The notes under the pieces: model-generated
What the model saw: only the letters and a program-made list of their open reading frames with translations
Told to the model about the DNA's origin: nothing
Database searches by the model: none
Shown: positions 5,381-6,105 of the stretch, piece after piece
How positions within the stretch are numbered: position 1 is the first letter of the stretch
Layout of the letters: the number at the start of each line of letters is the position of its first letter
Virus record (IMG/VR): IMGVR_UViG_3300020030_000131
Span: 1 to 6,105 of that record
DNA from: a virus
Reading direction: 5' to 3' (one strand)
Length of the DNA: 6,105 nucleotides
Translations under genes and position numbers: made by a program

Positions 5381-6105
5381 TGGCCTGCTCTTCACCCATA
5401 TGGATACGAAATCGTCGTTACTTCGACAAGAAAAACCCTTGTCGTAACGGTTCTGATGTTGCCAAGTCCGCCTTAGCTCTTCGACCCTGGGACATTGCCC
5501 GCCAGTGGCTGATGGTTCCCTGTGGAAAGTGCGAAGACTGCTTGCGTCGGCAGCGTAATGATTGGTTTGTTCGGCTGGAGCGGGAGCTCGCCTGCTGCAA
5601 GGCTAATAACCAGCAGGCTATTTTTATTACGATAACTATTGCTCCGAGGTATTACAATGAAGCCTTGCTCGACCCCTCTCGATTCATCCGCCGTTTCAAT
5701 GAGCGCTTGCGACATAAACTCGGCCATTCGTTCAAGCATGCCTTTTTCCAGGAGTTCGGCACTCATCCGGAGATGGGAAATGAGCCTCGATTACATTTTC
5801 ATGGCTTTCTGTTTGGCACAAACGTTCTTTATAATACCATTCGCTCTGCCGTTCGAGATCTCGGCTTTGTGTGGCTCGCGAAAGCCACCCATAGACGCGC
5901 TCGCTATTGTGTGAAGTATGTTACTAAACAAATTCAATTTAACCCCGAGGAGATCTCGGATAAATATGTTACTGTAGATGGAAGACTTACACCTTTATCT
6001 TGCCTCCTCCAGCATCGCCGTTATACGCGAAAATTCGTATCTGCTGGCGTTGGTGATTTTCTTGGCTATATGCCTCGTCCTTCTGCTCGTGTTTCGTCGT
6101 GGTCT
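5380..6105 (+). CDS. VP4: Replication initiator protein (rolling-circle HUH endonuclease, VP4-like), N-terminal part. The ORF has no stop within the window and continues at position 1. The last 105 nt duplicate 1..105.
   Basis: My own translation of frame 1 gives an in-frame TAA at 5365-5367 and the first ATG at 5380. The product begins MACSSPIWIRN...WLMVPCGKCEDCLRRQRNDWFVRLE. Motif I is FITITI (5623-5640). The HUH motif is HFH within RLHFHGFLF (5794-5802). The catalytic two-tyrosine motif is YCVKYVTK (5905-5928; compare YxxKYxxK in phiX174 protein A). Confidence 0.92.
   Translation, partial: MACSSPIWIRNRRYFDKKNPCRNGSDVAKSALALRPWDIARQWLMVPCGKCEDCLRRQRNDWFVRLERELACCKANNQQAIFITITIAPRYYNEALLDPSRFIRRFNERLRHKLGHSFKHAFFQEFGTHPEMGNEPRLHFHGFLFGTNVLYNTIRSAVRDLGFVWLAKATHRRARYCVKYVTKQIQFNPEEISDKYVTVDGRLTPLSCLLQHRRYTRKFVSAGVGDFLGYMPRPSARVSSWS
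6001..6105. repeat. Terminal redundancy, copy 2 (identical to 1..105)
   Basis: Identical over all 105 nt by direct comparison. Confidence 0.95.

Noticed and set aside
216-5766. All minus-strand ORFs in the track (216..404, 220..438, 475..888, 1159..1647, 2316..2546, 2962..3216, 3940..4350, 4026..4208, 4806..5084, 5153..5395, 5418..5600, 5473..5766)
   Set aside because: Each is antisense to a well-supported + strand gene. Their products are Arg/Ser/Ile-rich and low-complexity, as expected from reading the complement of T3-biased codons. Microviridae are transcribed from one strand only. None has recognisable motifs or signals.
50-5914. Hydrophobic + strand ORFs in the +1 frame of real genes (50..337, 488..709, 767..958, 1235..1633, 4496..4732, 5223..5447, 5639..5914)
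   Set aside because: A T-rich third position in the true frame forces T at the second position in the +1 frame. This automatically produces Leu/Phe/Val/Ile-rich, TM-like translations. They overlap VP1, Rep and the small ORFs and have no independent support.

Overview
The window is one complete circular ssDNA phage genome of the family Microviridae, linearised with a 105-nt terminal overlap. Positions 1-105 are identical to 6001-6105, so the unit length is 6000 nt. The replication-initiator ORF runs off the 3' end and continues in frame at position 1, which closes the circle. All credible genes are on the + strand, tightly packed, with strongly T-rich third codon positions as in phiX-like phages. 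Three hallmark genes are recognisable by motif. The rolling-circle replication initiator (VP4-like, 5380..6000 joined to 1..450) carries FITITI, HFH (the HUH motif) and YCVKYVTK. The major capsid protein (VP1-like) is at 454..2253. The DNA pilot/minor capsid protein (VP2-like) is at 2986..4359. Five or six small ORFs have no function I can assign from sequence. No start codon has a Shine-Dalgarno sequence. One intergenic region carries an exact Bacteroides-type promoter (TTTG-N19-TAnnTTTG), so a Bacteroidota host is a reasonable inference. Four parts deserve follow-up. (a) 2563-2792 is a GC-rich, heavily structured 230-nt segment that is either non-coding (hairpins, repeats, a terminator-like or ssDNA-origin-like structure) or encodes an Arg-rich 73-aa protein. 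(b) 2793..2984 is a 63-aa ORF with a signal peptide plus lipobox, a candidate lysis or exclusion lipoprotein. (c) 4365-5154 is a self-contained promoter, two ORFs with no recognisable function, and a strong intrinsic terminator, organised like a moron cassette. (d) 5180..5380 is a 66-aa ORF joined to the replication gene by a TAATG stop/start overlap. I saw no tRNA, rRNA, CRISPR array, integrase or transposase. All family assignments rest on remembered motifs, not on a database search.
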